Below are positions 1 through 10,601 of a stretch of 64,000 nucleotides of DNA, piece by piece (position 1 is the first letter of the stretch; each line of letters starts with the position of its first letter). The notes beneath the pieces were generated by a model. That model made no database searches, had not been told where the DNA came from, and saw only the letters and a program-made list of their open reading frames with translations. The stretch comes from a virus. Lineage: Duplodnaviria > Caudoviricetes. The position numbers were made by a program, and so were the translations under genes. The DNA is taken from positions 3,166 through 67,165 of the IMG/VR virus record IMGVR_UViG_2708743157_000002. One strand, given 5' to 3'.

Positions 1-19
1 TGCACATTCATCGCCTCCA

Positions 20-1603
20 TTACCATAGTGGAATCCCGATATTAAAAGACACTCTCGTAACGCTCGCTGAGTCGGTTGCGGAAAGACCATCGAATCGTAA
101 TTCTCCGTCCGTCGTAAAGGCGAACCGCGCCGTCCCGTAAGATCCAATCGTAGGTACGACGAAATCTACGAGTTGCGTCGGCTTATATGTGAATTTCGCT
201 ACCGTCGTACCGGCGGCCGGAAGTGAGCCGAACGTTCCTCGCAGTTTAATTTCGTTATTCGCTACGGAAAACTTAAACGGATAGCTGGCATTTTGCTGCG
301 CCCCGTTAATCAAAGTAACGTTATTCCACGTCGCAACCCACGGGCTATTCCATTTATCTTTATCCGCCTGCACAACGTGAATGTCCGTTCTGTTGGCGTG
401 GGCATCTACCTTTGATTGCGCTCCTTCTACCGATTCGAGTTCACGCCACGACGTCCATGAATCCGAGCTCGCGACCTTATTACGCATGAATTTACGCCGG
501 CCCGAAGACGTCGAATCATTGCTGCTATAGGACGTATATTCCTGATACGCGTACGTGCTGTAGTTATTAACGATAAGATACCCGTTGTTATTTACCGGTG
601 CATTTAATGCCGTCGTTGCGCCGCTCATATAATAGAAGCCGGTATCCGTCACCGTATTAAAATCGACGCCCGTCATGTACTTTGCTGCGCCGGTATCCTG
701 CGTCAATTTAAACAGTTGCGAACCGTTCCACTTGTCCTTTTCGGCTTGCGAAGTATGACGGATGCTATTTGAATCGTGGGCCCGGAATTGATCGAGAGGC
801 GCCTGCTTAACGTTGTCGACGTTACTAAGTCCGATTTGATCCTTCGTCACTAAGTGCGGATTATCAGTCCGACCTGTGTGTTCGTCCGTGTACGTTTTGC
901 TGTCCGTTAAGGCCTTGTCGGCTTTTGCCTGCGCACCGTCCGGCGTCTCCTGCTTCACATTCTCAACGTTTCCCAAACCGATTTGCGATTTCGTTACGCT
1001 ATGCGGATTGTCCGTCCTTTTCGTATGAGTGTCCGTATACGATTTCGCATTCTTTTCCGCAGCATCCGCTTTTGCTTGCGCTCCTTCTTTCGTTTCAATA
1101 TTTTCGAGGTCTTCGAATTTCTTGCGCAGCTCTTCGACTGTTTCGACCACTTCGTCGTATAAGTCGTTGATTTGTTGGCGCAACGCTTCGAAGTCATCCA
1201 CGTAGTATTCCGCCAACGGTACGATATCCGTATCAATCAGCGCCTTGTCGATGGTAAACGAAAACTTATGGATGGAAAGCGCCTGCTTATTCGCGTAATA
1301 CAAGTAAAGTTCCGCCTGCACATCGCCACTATGTCGGATCTCTTCGGCTGACAGAACGTACTGCGCAATGCCTTCAACTTTATCCGTGATCTCTACGCTT
1401 CTTATAAACCGGCTGCCGTCCGCCATGAACATGACAAGCTTCCCGGTAACAGCAGACAACGGCAACGGGACGCCATCCTTTGTTAACGAGAAGATCAAAC
1501 GCGCCGTATCGATATCCTGCGTACTGAACTGTATTGCGGTTTTTATATTCGTTTTTGTTCGACTCGTCACCTCAAACGCAAGTGATGCGTTATTGTATAT
1601 CAC
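20..1603 (-). CDS. BppU-family baseplate upper / tail fibre protein
   Basis: N-terminal IQFSTQDIDTARLIF BppU-like domain, coiled coil, two H-x-x-RTDNPH-x-VTK-x-QIGL-x-NV-x-NVKQ repeats, C-terminal fibre-tip region. Confidence 0.85.
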   Translation of the reverse strand: MIYNNASLAFEVTSRTKTNIKTAIQFSTQDIDTARLIFSLTKDGVPLPLSAVTGKLVMFMADGSRFIRSVEITDKVEGIAQYVLSAEEIRHSGDVQAELYLYYANKQALSIHKFSFTIDKALIDTDIVPLAEYYVDDFEALRQQINDLYDEVVETVEELRKKFEDLENIETKEGAQAKADAAEKNAKSYTDTHTKRTDNPHSVTKSQIGLGNVENVKQETPDGAQAKADKALTDSKTYTDEHTGRTDNPHLVTKDQIGLSNVDNVKQAPLDQFRAHDSNSIRHTSQAEKDKWNGSQLFKLTQDTGAAKYMTGVDFNTVTDTGFYYMSGATTALNAPVNNNGYLIVNNYSTYAYQEYTSYSSNDSTSSGRRKFMRNKVASSDSWTSWRELESVEGAQSKVDAHANRTDIHVVQADKDKWNSPWVATWNNVTLINGAQQNASYPFKFSVANNEIKLRGTFGSLPAAGTTVAKFTYKPTQLVDFVVPTIGSYGTARFAFTTDGELRFDGLSATDSASVTRVSFNIGIPLW

Positions 1604-1615
1604 TACAAAACCTCC

Positions 1616-4180
1616 TTAGTGCTGCGGCGTAACGATCATTTGCGCTACACCGTAGCCTTTTTCCGCATCATACGGAGATTTGATTTTCATAACGGTCCCA
1701 TAGCCACCGCTTTCTGCTTTAGTCGCGATTCCGCCAATTGCTGACACGCTATCCCCTACGTTCACTGTTTCGTCAATTCTGACAAAAACTTGACCGATCA
1801 GGCCGATGACATGCCATTCGTCCCGAGAGTCACGCGGCACATATTCGAGAGTCGGATCATAGTCGGGGTTTAATTTTGGAACGCTTAATTCTTCGCCGCC
1901 GCGGAAAACTGTCTCGTAGACCAACCCGCCGAATTCATTTCTTTCGTACTGCTCGTTCCAATAGAACGCCGCGCCTCCGAGTACCAAACCGGCCGTTTCC
2001 GAAACAACTCCGAGTATCTTATCTCCTTCGCCTGCTTTTCGTATCTTATCGCCTTCTAACGCAACGAGATAGCTAGATCCGATTTTCTGACCGTCAGCAG
2101 ATTCGAAATACTCCGCGAAGTCTTTGAAATCTGAGACGCTCTCCACTCGCCCTGTGCCGCGAATATGACCGCCAGTTGAATCGAGTTCCCATTTCGTATT
2201 TCCGGTCGAGGCGCTTCCGCTTCCGTATCCCCCTCTGACGCTGTATCCGTTATCGTTGATAACCGCGTTAGAAGCGAGCACGACCCTCGATGTCCCGCTG
2301 CCTTTCGTATGGGAGTTGTTCGATGCTATGACCGCTTGGCGCGAATCAGTTGTGGATGAACCGCCGCTGGAGCCTAGAACGACGTTTCTAGGACCTTTCG
2401 TTATACATCCGCCCGTGGTCGCGATGACTGCGCTTGTTTTGTCTAAAACGTGGCCCGACGTAGAAGCAGCACGGAAACCGCCTTTCACGTTGTTAGGGAC
2501 AACCGAATGCTTTTGACCTCCGAGGACTGCCGCGCTCTCGTAACCATACGCCCGGACCATTAAGATATTTGTTTGCGTATTCGGCGATGTGATGCCGGCC
2601 GTACCGCTTGCTACGTGAAGAATTCCGTTTTCCAAGTTTACGTTATAGACACCGCCTCCAATCCCGATACCATTCTGCGCTGAATCATGGATAACAAAAT
2701 CGGAAATGAAGACGTCATCTGTGCGCTGATCGCCTCCGGTAATGTTGATATCATAGCCGGCCTTTCTAAAACCGGAAATTTGCAGACCAGTTACAGTTAT
2801 CTTCCGGCTCTTATATTGAAAGGCGATCATCGACTTTCCTTTGTAGTCATACGTCGGATCACCGATTGCAGTAAAACCGATTATCTTAACGCGTTGGTAC
2901 GCCGAGACGACTAAAGCTTTCGGTTCCAGTCCGTCATACAGCGAATTGAATATCGGCTCTCGCGCAGTACAGTCGATCAGCGTTACGTCTCTCGCCGTCT
3001 CGCTCCACGGATCAGTCGCTAAGTGGTGTCCTATATGCCGCAAGTCGAATGATCGCACATCCCGGAAAGATTCGTGCCCGCGAATATGGACGTTACAAGG
3101 CGCCGGCCATTCTGTATGAGCCTTTACCTCTACGCCTCGGATATTTCCTTCAGTGTAGTTATCGAGAAGCCATACGTGTTTAGATCCGTCATCGACCTCG
3201 ATACCGTTCGAATTGGCGGCACCCTTACGATGGGCTGTGCCGCGCGGGTTTGTCATTACGTTATTAGTGATGAAGATGTATTCGCTGTAGTGCGTAGTGA
3301 TCCCGTCATCACCGTACCCATAGCCGACGCAGCGATCGATCCAGACGTACTTACTTCCTGTTGCGGTGTAATCCTTCGCCGTAATATCGTAGGAAGGGGC
3401 CGATACGTCGAAACAATGGAGCCCCGGATTAATGCCTTCGACTTCCCGGACGATACCGAACTTCACTTGCGCAAAAGTTAAGCAGCTTGAATGGATTCCG
3501 CCAGTTGAACTAACGCCGCCTTGACGGTCCGGATTCCAGTCGAGGGACATTCCTTGGACTACGATATTCCGGTTGCCGGGCGCCGGGTCCGCGTTAATGA
3601 TGACCCACTCGCTCGCCGGCGTGTCTTCGTGTAGCTTCAGCGTAGTAACGCCCATGCCTTGGCCTATCAAATACGTCCATGACGGCAACTTGACACCTTT
3701 AACGATATACGTGCCGGCCGATAGATTGAGTCGCACCTTACCGTTCCCAATCGCCTTTTTAAACGCTTCTGTACTATCATTAACGCCCGTCGGATCGGCT
3801 CCGTAGTCGTCAACGTTTACATCACGCTCAATTTTGCGTAAAAGCTTGTTATACTCCTTGTCGAGTCGCTCCTTCAATAAAGGCGCGATGTTTCCTTCCG
3901 CGTCTACACGAGCGTCAACGACCTCTTTTACGTTTGTACCGTCCGCGTTAAGGATCAGATTTCTGATACGGTTATACAGGCCATCGATATATGTGCGCAA
4001 AGAAAAACCGCCATGGTCGATTTGCTCCGACGTGTGGGCGGTTTTCGCGTTCTTATGTGCGGCCAATTCCGTATATGATCCTTTAATATCGTCCGCAATA
4101 TCATCGAGGTTTTGGTTGTGGTCGTTACGAAAAACACGGTCCCACGCTGCCCCGGCCTTTCTGTACGGAAATTTCGGCAT
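1616..4180 (-). CDS. Tail spike / pre-neck-appendage-like protein: beta-helix plus peptidase G2 intramolecular chaperone
   Basis: VNVDDYGADPTGVNDSTEAFKKAI beta-helix cap; DFAEYFES autocleavage motif as in phi29 gp12; C-terminal W..IGLIGQV.VR. Confidence 0.88.
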   Translation of the reverse strand: MPKFPYRKAGAAWDRVFRNDHNQNLDDIADDIKGSYTELAAHKNAKTAHTSEQIDHGGFSLRTYIDGLYNRIRNLILNADGTNVKEVVDARVDAEGNIAPLLKERLDKEYNKLLRKIERDVNVDDYGADPTGVNDSTEAFKKAIGNGKVRLNLSAGTYIVKGVKLPSWTYLIGQGMGVTTLKLHEDTPASEWVIINADPAPGNRNIVVQGMSLDWNPDRQGGVSSTGGIHSSCLTFAQVKFGIVREVEGINPGLHCFDVSAPSYDITAKDYTATGSKYVWIDRCVGYGYGDDGITTHYSEYIFITNNVMTNPRGTAHRKGAANSNGIEVDDGSKHVWLLDNYTEGNIRGVEVKAHTEWPAPCNVHIRGHESFRDVRSFDLRHIGHHLATDPWSETARDVTLIDCTAREPIFNSLYDGLEPKALVVSAYQRVKIIGFTAIGDPTYDYKGKSMIAFQYKSRKITVTGLQISGFRKAGYDINITGGDQRTDDVFISDFVIHDSAQNGIGIGGGVYNVNLENGILHVASGTAGITSPNTQTNILMVRAYGYESAAVLGGQKHSVVPNNVKGGFRAASTSGHVLDKTSAVIATTGGCITKGPRNVVLGSSGGSSTTDSRQAVIASNNSHTKGSGTSRVVLASNAVINDNGYSVRGGYGSGSASTGNTKWELDSTGGHIRGTGRVESVSDFKDFAEYFESADGQKIGSSYLVALEGDKIRKAGEGDKILGVVSETAGLVLGGAAFYWNEQYERNEFGGLVYETVFRGGEELSVPKLNPDYDPTLEYVPRDSRDEWHVIGLIGQVFVRIDETVNVGDSVSAIGGIATKAESGGYGTVMKIKSPYDAEKGYGVAQMIVTPQH

Positions 4181-4194
4181 TGTATTCCTCCTCG

Positions 4195-5595
4195 TTATTT
4201 ATTCTCTAGCGCTGTCAGGCGCTTGTTTATAGATTCGAGCTGTTGCGAAAGTGTCGATATATCCACCGTAGCCGTACCGACCTTGATGCGCTTCAGCTTT
4301 GCGAAGTCAGATGCGCTCATTAAGCCGTCCGTTGTTTCGGTAGCCAGCGAGACAGAAACTTGACCGTCAGGCCCTAATACGATACTCGCCAGCTTCACGT
4401 AGTCCGACGAACTCATAAGCCCGTCCGTTGTTGCGTTTGCCCGGCCGTACGTAGGAATTGTCAGCTTTGTCGGATCATACCCGTCTTCGTAAATCGCGTC
4501 TTTTCCGATGGTTATGTTTCCGCTTATGGCGCTGCCTTTCACCTTTCCGGTCGACGTATCGATAAGCTTAGAGACGGAGCTTTGTCCCCGCCCTAATTTA
4601 GCAGTTGTTTTTTTGATATTCGCCCGAACCTTTCCGAAAGTAAAAACCGGAGACTTTTTAGGATCTGAATAAGACTCCACACTGACTACACGCAGCTTCG
4701 TCTTCAAATCAAAGGGCTCTAATACGCACCATACATAATCGCCTTTGCGAATATCCTGCATGTTTAATTGTTTAACCTCTATATACGTAAGGCTGATAGA
4801 GATTTCAATTTTATCGGTCAGTTCTTTTTCTAACCGTTTTTCGAGCTTTCCCTCATCCTTTGCTGTGTACGAGTCATCAAAAATGGGATTTGCATGTTTG
4901 ATCCCATAGACTGAAGCTAATGGACTTGTGTACTCAGCTTCCACCGCGTATTTTCCTGTCTTTTCGTCCTTCTTTCCGAATCCTTTAATGTACGTTTTTA
5001 TAGAAGAGGTGTCTATTTCCTGAGAAGGGTCTTTTACATTTACACGGTCGCGGATGATGTAGTCTGTGTCTCGCGCTATCTCCTTCGCGAAATAGACTTT
5101 CTTCCCAATGCACTCATATTCAGCCGAATACTTTTCCTTTATATCGCTTAGTAATCCGAGAGAGTAGCCATTTCCAAAATCCTCCACTTCAAACGAATCA
5201 CCTAGCCCTTCCGGTAAAACCTCGTAAGAATACCCAGAACCCTTTAATGCGATGTCCAGCATATCCTCGATGTAAAGTTTTTTCTTTTTCCCGGATGTTT
5301 CATATACGTAATTCTCACCGAGATCCGAAAAGGAACGTTGCAAGGCCGTGATATCGACCTTCAGTCTCTTGCCGCTAATAGGAACATACCGCGTTTTCCT
5401 AATGACGAATTCCTCGTCTTCATAAAAAAGGGAACCTTCATTTTGAATTAACGGGAAAGAGTGCGCGTTTCTGTCCGTCTCCCAAACCGTTACGTCAATA
5501 GACCTACCGTTCTCAATTTCATCTTTCTTAGTTACGTTGAAGTCCGTTAATGCTTCGACTTGATTAGCGAGATTTTTTACAAGCAGACTCGACAT
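4195..5595 (-). CDS. Tal / prophage tail endopeptidase-family baseplate hub
   Basis: Position after Dit; TYIKGFGK...EYTSPLA..YG motif; two C-terminal T.DGLMS.SD..KL repeats. Confidence 0.85.
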   Translation of the reverse strand: MSSLLVKNLANQVEALTDFNVTKKDEIENGRSIDVTVWETDRNAHSFPLIQNEGSLFYEDEEFVIRKTRYVPISGKRLKVDITALQRSFSDLGENYVYETSGKKKKLYIEDMLDIALKGSGYSYEVLPEGLGDSFEVEDFGNGYSLGLLSDIKEKYSAEYECIGKKVYFAKEIARDTDYIIRDRVNVKDPSQEIDTSSIKTYIKGFGKKDEKTGKYAVEAEYTSPLASVYGIKHANPIFDDSYTAKDEGKLEKRLEKELTDKIEISISLTYIEVKQLNMQDIRKGDYVWCVLEPFDLKTKLRVVSVESYSDPKKSPVFTFGKVRANIKKTTAKLGRGQSSVSKLIDTSTGKVKGSAISGNITIGKDAIYEDGYDPTKLTIPTYGRANATTDGLMSSSDYVKLASIVLGPDGQVSVSLATETTDGLMSASDFAKLKRIKVGTATVDISTLSQQLESINKRLTALENK

Positions 5596-5606
5596 GGCGC
5601 ACCTCC

Positions 5607-7034
5607 CTACGCGTAATAGTGGAATCTGAAATCAAATGTGATCTCAAAATCCCCGCTTGTTCCGTTTAGCTCAAAATCATTCCATCCGGGCTCTAACGTA
5701 ATAAGTCCGAAATTTGTCTGCCCCAATATACTGACGTTTCCTTTTTTCGATGTAACACCGGAAAGTTGAATCGCTTCCTTCGCGGAGGAAGTGCCGGAAA
5801 ACGTCCACTGGTCGCCTGTTGTTCTGTTTTTGATCGACAATTTACTTGACGCGCCTTTATACGTAATTTTTAAAGGCATGTATCTCGGATCTAACCGGAC
5901 GGCTCCCGCATTGAAAATACGGAAAGTCTTCGTCTTGTGTTTGTACGAGGGGATATCGTCCGTCAACCCTTCGCCTATCTGCCATTTGTTCGCTTCGAAC
6001 GTAAATGCATCCAGCGTTGTGCCGACTGATTCGCAATAAGTTGAGGCGCTTTGGAAAGTAAGCGTAAAGTCGCCAAAGCTACCGATTCGGTCAGGCGTGA
6101 AAGATGCGCTTAACTCGACTCGCCATCGCTTTTTCGGCGTCGCTTCCGAAACTAAAAAGAACTCCTCCTCGCGATGAAGCGCGTGAAAGAGTTCCGCTTG
6201 TAATAAATGAAAATCAACGTCATCTGCTCCGAGCAAAAGACATTCGGCAGTCAGCGTTCGGGCTCCGAAGTTTTTCCCTACTCGAACTAAGCCGTCCCTT
6301 CCCGGAATCGTTTCGTAATCGATATCGGGAGTGGGCGATGCAATTTTGAAGCTCCTTACAAGGACCGATAAATCGCGAGCCATATCGATTATGCGTCCAT
6401 CCTTGTAAAGTATCCGGAAGTTGCTATCCGTAATAGGGACACCGGATGGAGGCGTTGTATAAACGCTTGAAAAAACGTCGATAGATACCTCCGGCTCTTC
6501 AACGACAACCGGAGCCGGGTTGTTGTTTGTGTCCGGCGTAGAAGGAGTGGACGGATTCGACGGAGACGGGGCGGTGTCATACTTCGTCAGGTTGTACGTT
6601 TCAATAATTCTGTTAAGCTTTGACGCGTAAGACGGGTCCGTTGCATAACCGGCGTCTACCAGCGCAGCAGTCGCTTTTTTGTAATTCTTCTCACCTACGA
6701 CCGCCTTATAATGGTTTGGGTCCCAACTGACGCCGTTTACGTAAAGCTTCGCAAGGTCTTGCATCGACTCATACCACGTCGGGTACTTTCGGAACTTGGC
6801 GTCAACCTGAACGTTCCTTCCGTTGATTACTTCCCACGTTTTCATGATGACGTATTTTCCGTTATATTCGCCCTTCACTCCGAAAAGGTTCTTTCCGTTA
6901 ACGGCGAGACCGCTGGTTCCGTACGCACTTTCGAGACATCCCTGCGCGATTACAAGGCTTGCTAGAATTTTATAATTCACAAATATCTTCTGCGCATCCG
7001 GGGCGATTTTCTTTATAAAATCTGTATTACTCAA
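5607..7034 (-). CDS. Distal tail protein (Dit) with N-terminal GH73 glucosaminidase domain
   Basis: IAQGCLES.YG.S.LA..KNLFGVKG and GYATDP.Y GH73 motifs; Pro/Ser/Thr linker; Sipho_tail-like C-terminus (IPGRDG...LEPGWNDF). Confidence 0.85.
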   Translation of the reverse strand: MSNTDFIKKIAPDAQKIFVNYKILASLVIAQGCLESAYGTSGLAVNGKNLFGVKGEYNGKYVIMKTWEVINGRNVQVDAKFRKYPTWYESMQDLAKLYVNGVSWDPNHYKAVVGEKNYKKATAALVDAGYATDPSYASKLNRIIETYNLTKYDTAPSPSNPSTPSTPDTNNNPAPVVVEEPEVSIDVFSSVYTTPPSGVPITDSNFRILYKDGRIIDMARDLSVLVRSFKIASPTPDIDYETIPGRDGLVRVGKNFGARTLTAECLLLGADDVDFHLLQAELFHALHREEEFFLVSEATPKKRWRVELSASFTPDRIGSFGDFTLTFQSASTYCESVGTTLDAFTFEANKWQIGEGLTDDIPSYKHKTKTFRIFNAGAVRLDPRYMPLKITYKGASSKLSIKNRTTGDQWTFSGTSSAKEAIQLSGVTSKKGNVSILGQTNFGLITLEPGWNDFELNGTSGDFEITFDFRFHYYA

Positions 7035-7037
7035 ACG

Positions 7038-9839
7038 CTACCACCTCCCGTCTCTCATCCGTTCTAGATCATATCCGTCCTGCTGAATGCGACTGATGTG
7101 CGGCTCTACAATACGGCCAACAACTTCACTATCCATCACGATAGGAGCGCCACCCTTCGTCTTAATCGCCTGCTCAATCGAACTGAGCGCGCGCAGCATA
7201 TCCGACGATAAGCCGGATTCTCCTCCGAGCCCTGACGTATGTCCAGCGTCTATCATTCGCATAAGATTCGCCTGTTGCGCTTCAGTAAGCACCATTTCGT
7301 TTCGTAGGGCCCGGATATCGACTTCGTGGCTCATCGGGTTAGCGAATTGAGACGCTAGACCGCCGATATGAAGTTTATTGATCTGACCAAGGCCGATGAC
7401 GCCGCCCGTGTGGTAAGTACCTTCGTTCCCTTTTCCGCGACTTACGGCACGCTCCGTCTTCATAGAAACATCCGATGTAATTGTCGTGATGCGTTTCGTG
7501 ATGTCCTTACTTAGAGCAGCGTTCATTCTTTGGGCTTCTGACGTAATATCCGCGACCCGACCTCTTGCAGTACGAAGGTTTGCGATCTCGTCGTCAATCG
7601 CTTTAACAGACTTCCGGTACTCATCCGTTTTACGATCGGCAACATTCGTAACATTTTTAAGGTTCGCCTTCGCATCTTGTAAGCGTCCAATCTCCTTATC
7701 GATCACTCTCACGCCTTCGCCCTTTTTGGCGTTTAATCCAACTTGACGTAGCTCAAGGTCGATCATTTTCTGATTAACGACATCTAGCTGATTGATATTC
7801 TCACGGGTCTTTTGGAGCTCTTGATTCTTAGAGCTCAGGTTTTCCATATTTGTAGAAAACTGTTCTCGTAATCTCTGCAACTTTGTTTGCTCTAAGTTGA
7901 GCTCATTTTCAGCTATTGCCACCCGTGCTGTATCTTTAGCCTCTTTAGCTGCCGCCAATTCGCTCTCTTTAGCTGCCACAACTTGTAATTGATCAGATAC
8001 CTGCTGCTCTAAATCGGATCGCTCTCTCGTCAACGCATTAACTTTTTCTTTTAGTCGCGCTTCTTCGGCTATATATTTAGACATATTGGCCTCAGCTTTA
8101 GCCCTTTGGGTTTCCAGTTCCAGCCGGAGTTCCTCGGCTTTTTCTTTGTTAAGACGCTTTAATGCGTCCGTGTTCTTTGCTGCAGCATTTCCTTGCTCGC
8201 TGATAGCAGCCGCAGTGTCCGGAGCTTTCGCGATAACCTTATCGTTTAAATCTAAGTAGCGATTAAATTCCTCGTTTGTAAGACCTGATTTTTTCCTCAG
8301 CTCTTCCTGCTCTTCCTTCATCCGTTTAATAGAATTGGCATCTGTCTCCGTTTTAATTCGATCATTCAAATCGAGGTAGTAGACGAATTCATCGGCAGTC
8401 AGCTTCGTTTTATTTTGAAGCTTATCGAACTCTTTCGTTAAGCCATTGATAGAGTCAATTTCCTTCTGCTTCGACTCGGCCGCCTCTAAGCTAACGGTGT
8501 TCATCTGATCGTACCCCGCTTTTACCCCGACAAGTGCTCCCGCTAATAAAGAGAGCCCGGTAATCACCCATCCGGCAGGCCCCATCGCAACAAACAAGCC
8601 ACGTACTGCGATTCCGAGCTTTAACATAGAAGACGCTACCAGCGCCACCGCTGCCGCCGCGCCCGCCATTTCGAGTCCCGTCGTAATGATCCCCGGATTC
8701 AGTTCACTAAGGAACTCGACCACCTTCGTACCGGTATCGACAATTTTTCGGAAAGTAGGTAAAAACTCGTTACCGATCGCGATTCCGAGGCCGTCGAGCG
8801 CAGACGTAAACTGTTCGAATGACCCTTTGAGGTTATCCATCTGCGTTTTCGCTACTTTGTCCGCTGTCCCGCCGGCTTCCTTCAGCGTCTTTGAATAATT
8901 GCGCAGTCCCTTTTCTCCGACGCCCAAAAGCGTAACGAATCCGGAAGCCGCTTCAACTCCGACGAGCTGTGCCGCCGCTGCCGTTTTCTGCGCTGATGTC
9001 ATCCCTTCGAATTGTTTCGAAATATGGCCGACGAGTTCCGGTATCGGCTTTAGATTTCCGTGCGCGTCCTTTACTTCGATGCCGTACTTTTTCATCGCCT
9101 TGGCCGACTGCCCTACCGGATTCGTAAGGTGTAAGAGTGACGCACGAAGCGCCGTACCCGCCATCGATCCCTGAATACCGGCGTCTGACATTTTCGCAAC
9201 GGCCGTCGCAGTATCTTCGATGGAGTAACCGAGAGAGTGCGCGACAGGGGCGACGAATTTCATTGCATCGCCCAATTGCGGCAGATCCGTATTGGCCGTC
9301 GTCATCGCTTTTACGAGTACGTCAACGGCGTGCCCGGAGTCTTCCGCCTTAATGCCGAAGCCGGTCATGATGTTCGAAACGATATCCGCTGAACGTCCGA
9401 GCCCTTCGCCTGAAGCTGCCGCCAAGTTGAGCACGGCCGGCAACGATCCGACTTGCGCTTTTACGCTGAAACCCGCCATCGCGAGGTATTGAAGACCCTC
9501 GGCCGCCTCTACCGCTGTATATTTAGTTTCGGCGCCCATCTTAGCCGCAATGTTCTTCAGATCTTCGAAGTCCTGACCGGTCGCGCCGCTGATCGCTTTA
9601 ACTCGCGACATGGCCTCCTCGAAGTCAGCCGCTTTCTTAACGGAAACACCGATGCCGGCTACGACTGCGCCTCCGACCGCAAGCGAAGCCTTCTGGATGA
9701 GGCCCATTTGCTTCGAGAGATTCGCAGATGAACGGCCCATTTGATCCATATCGTTTCGTGCCTGCTGAGATCGACGGGACCAGTCCGCCATGTCTAATAC
9801 GAGACGCGCCCGGATTTCTCCGACTGTTGTTCCGGCCAT
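7038..9839 (-). CDS. Tail tape measure protein (TP901 family)
   Basis: AADFEEAMSRVKAISGATG, GIQGSMAGTALR core; hydrophobic segments; coiled coil. Confidence 0.95.
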   Translation of the reverse strand: MAGTTVGEIRARLVLDMADWSRRSQQARNDMDQMGRSSANLSKQMGLIQKASLAVGGAVVAGIGVSVKKAADFEEAMSRVKAISGATGQDFEDLKNIAAKMGAETKYTAVEAAEGLQYLAMAGFSVKAQVGSLPAVLNLAAASGEGLGRSADIVSNIMTGFGIKAEDSGHAVDVLVKAMTTANTDLPQLGDAMKFVAPVAHSLGYSIEDTATAVAKMSDAGIQGSMAGTALRASLLHLTNPVGQSAKAMKKYGIEVKDAHGNLKPIPELVGHISKQFEGMTSAQKTAAAAQLVGVEAASGFVTLLGVGEKGLRNYSKTLKEAGGTADKVAKTQMDNLKGSFEQFTSALDGLGIAIGNEFLPTFRKIVDTGTKVVEFLSELNPGIITTGLEMAGAAAAVALVASSMLKLGIAVRGLFVAMGPAGWVITGLSLLAGALVGVKAGYDQMNTVSLEAAESKQKEIDSINGLTKEFDKLQNKTKLTADEFVYYLDLNDRIKTETDANSIKRMKEEQEELRKKSGLTNEEFNRYLDLNDKVIAKAPDTAAAISEQGNAAAKNTDALKRLNKEKAEELRLELETQRAKAEANMSKYIAEEARLKEKVNALTRERSDLEQQVSDQLQVVAAKESELAAAKEAKDTARVAIAENELNLEQTKLQRLREQFSTNMENLSSKNQELQKTRENINQLDVVNQKMIDLELRQVGLNAKKGEGVRVIDKEIGRLQDAKANLKNVTNVADRKTDEYRKSVKAIDDEIANLRTARGRVADITSEAQRMNAALSKDITKRITTITSDVSMKTERAVSRGKGNEGTYHTGGVIGLGQINKLHIGGLASQFANPMSHEVDIRALRNEMVLTEAQQANLMRMIDAGHTSGLGGESGLSSDMLRALSSIEQAIKTKGGAPIVMDSEVVGRIVEPHISRIQQDGYDLERMRDGRW

Positions 9840-10211
9840 CTATTTACCTCCTTTCCGAAAATTCCCCTGTAAAGCCCGTAGTTGCTCGAATTTATCACGG
9901 TCGAATTTCACTTCAGGGCGAAGTCCTGCCGCCCGAATCAACGTATTCATGAGTTGTTTATACTCGTCGTCCTCACTTGCCCGGCTATTCGTCGCCAGAA
10001 GTACACGAATGTCTTCTATACGCCTTACTGCGCCTTGTTTCGTCTTAGCGCGCACAAATTTCGGTATGTCTACCATATAAAACTCGTTTTCTATCTGATG
10101 CTGCGTGACGCCTAAACTGATAGCCGCTTCGATCAGATAGTCGTCAATCGTATACGGATCGCCCCCTTCGTCTACTTTTCGAGTTTCGGAAGAAGGCTCT
10201 TCACGTTTTTT
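9840..10211 (-). CDS. Tail assembly chaperone C-terminal part (gpT-like), reached by -1 frameshift
   Basis: The -1 frame is open from the slippery site (REEPSSETRKVDEGGDPYTIDDYLIEAA...) into the MVDIPK ORF at 9840..10076. Confidence 0.8.
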   Translation of the reverse strand, partial: KKREEPSSETRKVDEGGDPYTIDDYLIEAAISLGVTQHQIENEFYMVDIPKFVRAKTKQGAVRRIEDIRVLLATNSRASEDDEYKQLMNTLIRAAGLRPEVKFDRDKFEQLRALQGNFRKGGK

Positions 10212-10543
10212 GCTTGCGAATCGAGACGATTATTTTTAACAGTGAGGGTGATGTACTCGATGATTTCGTCTGTACCGACTTCTTCTCGAATGTACTCGGA
10301 ATCTACGCCGCTCAATAATGCTGTAATCTCGACGATCTCATCCATACCGACCTCAATCGCGCTTACTAAATACGAGTAGAAATCCGTTTTAGGCGCGCTA
10401 AAGACTTCCAGAACGAGAAATGGAATTTTATCGAGTGCTGCGAAAAGCTGTTTCCACTTTGCCGGAGTAAGTTTCGCAACCTCGACCGGATACTTACCGA
10501 GCTGGATCGAATCAGTCTCCTGTTTCTTTTTGAAAATGTTCAT
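10172..10543 (-). CDS. Tail assembly chaperone (gpG-like)
   Basis: Between major tail protein and tape measure; contains A AAA AAC slippery heptamer. Confidence 0.85.
   Translation of the reverse strand: MNIFKKKQETDSIQLGKYPVEVAKLTPAKWKQLFAALDKIPFLVLEVFSAPKTDFYSYLVSAIEVGMDEIVEITALLSGVDSEYIREEVGTDEIIEYITLTVKNNRLDSQAKNVKSLLPKLEK
10205..10211 (-). promoter_or_regulatory. Programmed -1 ribosomal frameshift site A AAA AAC
   Basis: X XXY YYZ heptamer in the correct phase (gcA AAA AAC gtg). Confidence 0.85.
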
Positions 10544-10564
10544 GCGACTCTCCTTTCGTTAATT

Positions 10565-10595
10565 AAAAAAGACACCGCCCCTCGACGATGCCTTT
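10565..10595 (-). terminator. Intrinsic terminator after the major tail gene
   Basis: aggcatcgtc-gag-gggcggtgtct followed by a U-run on the minus strand. Confidence 0.7.
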
Positions 10596-10601
10596 CGTTT
10601 G

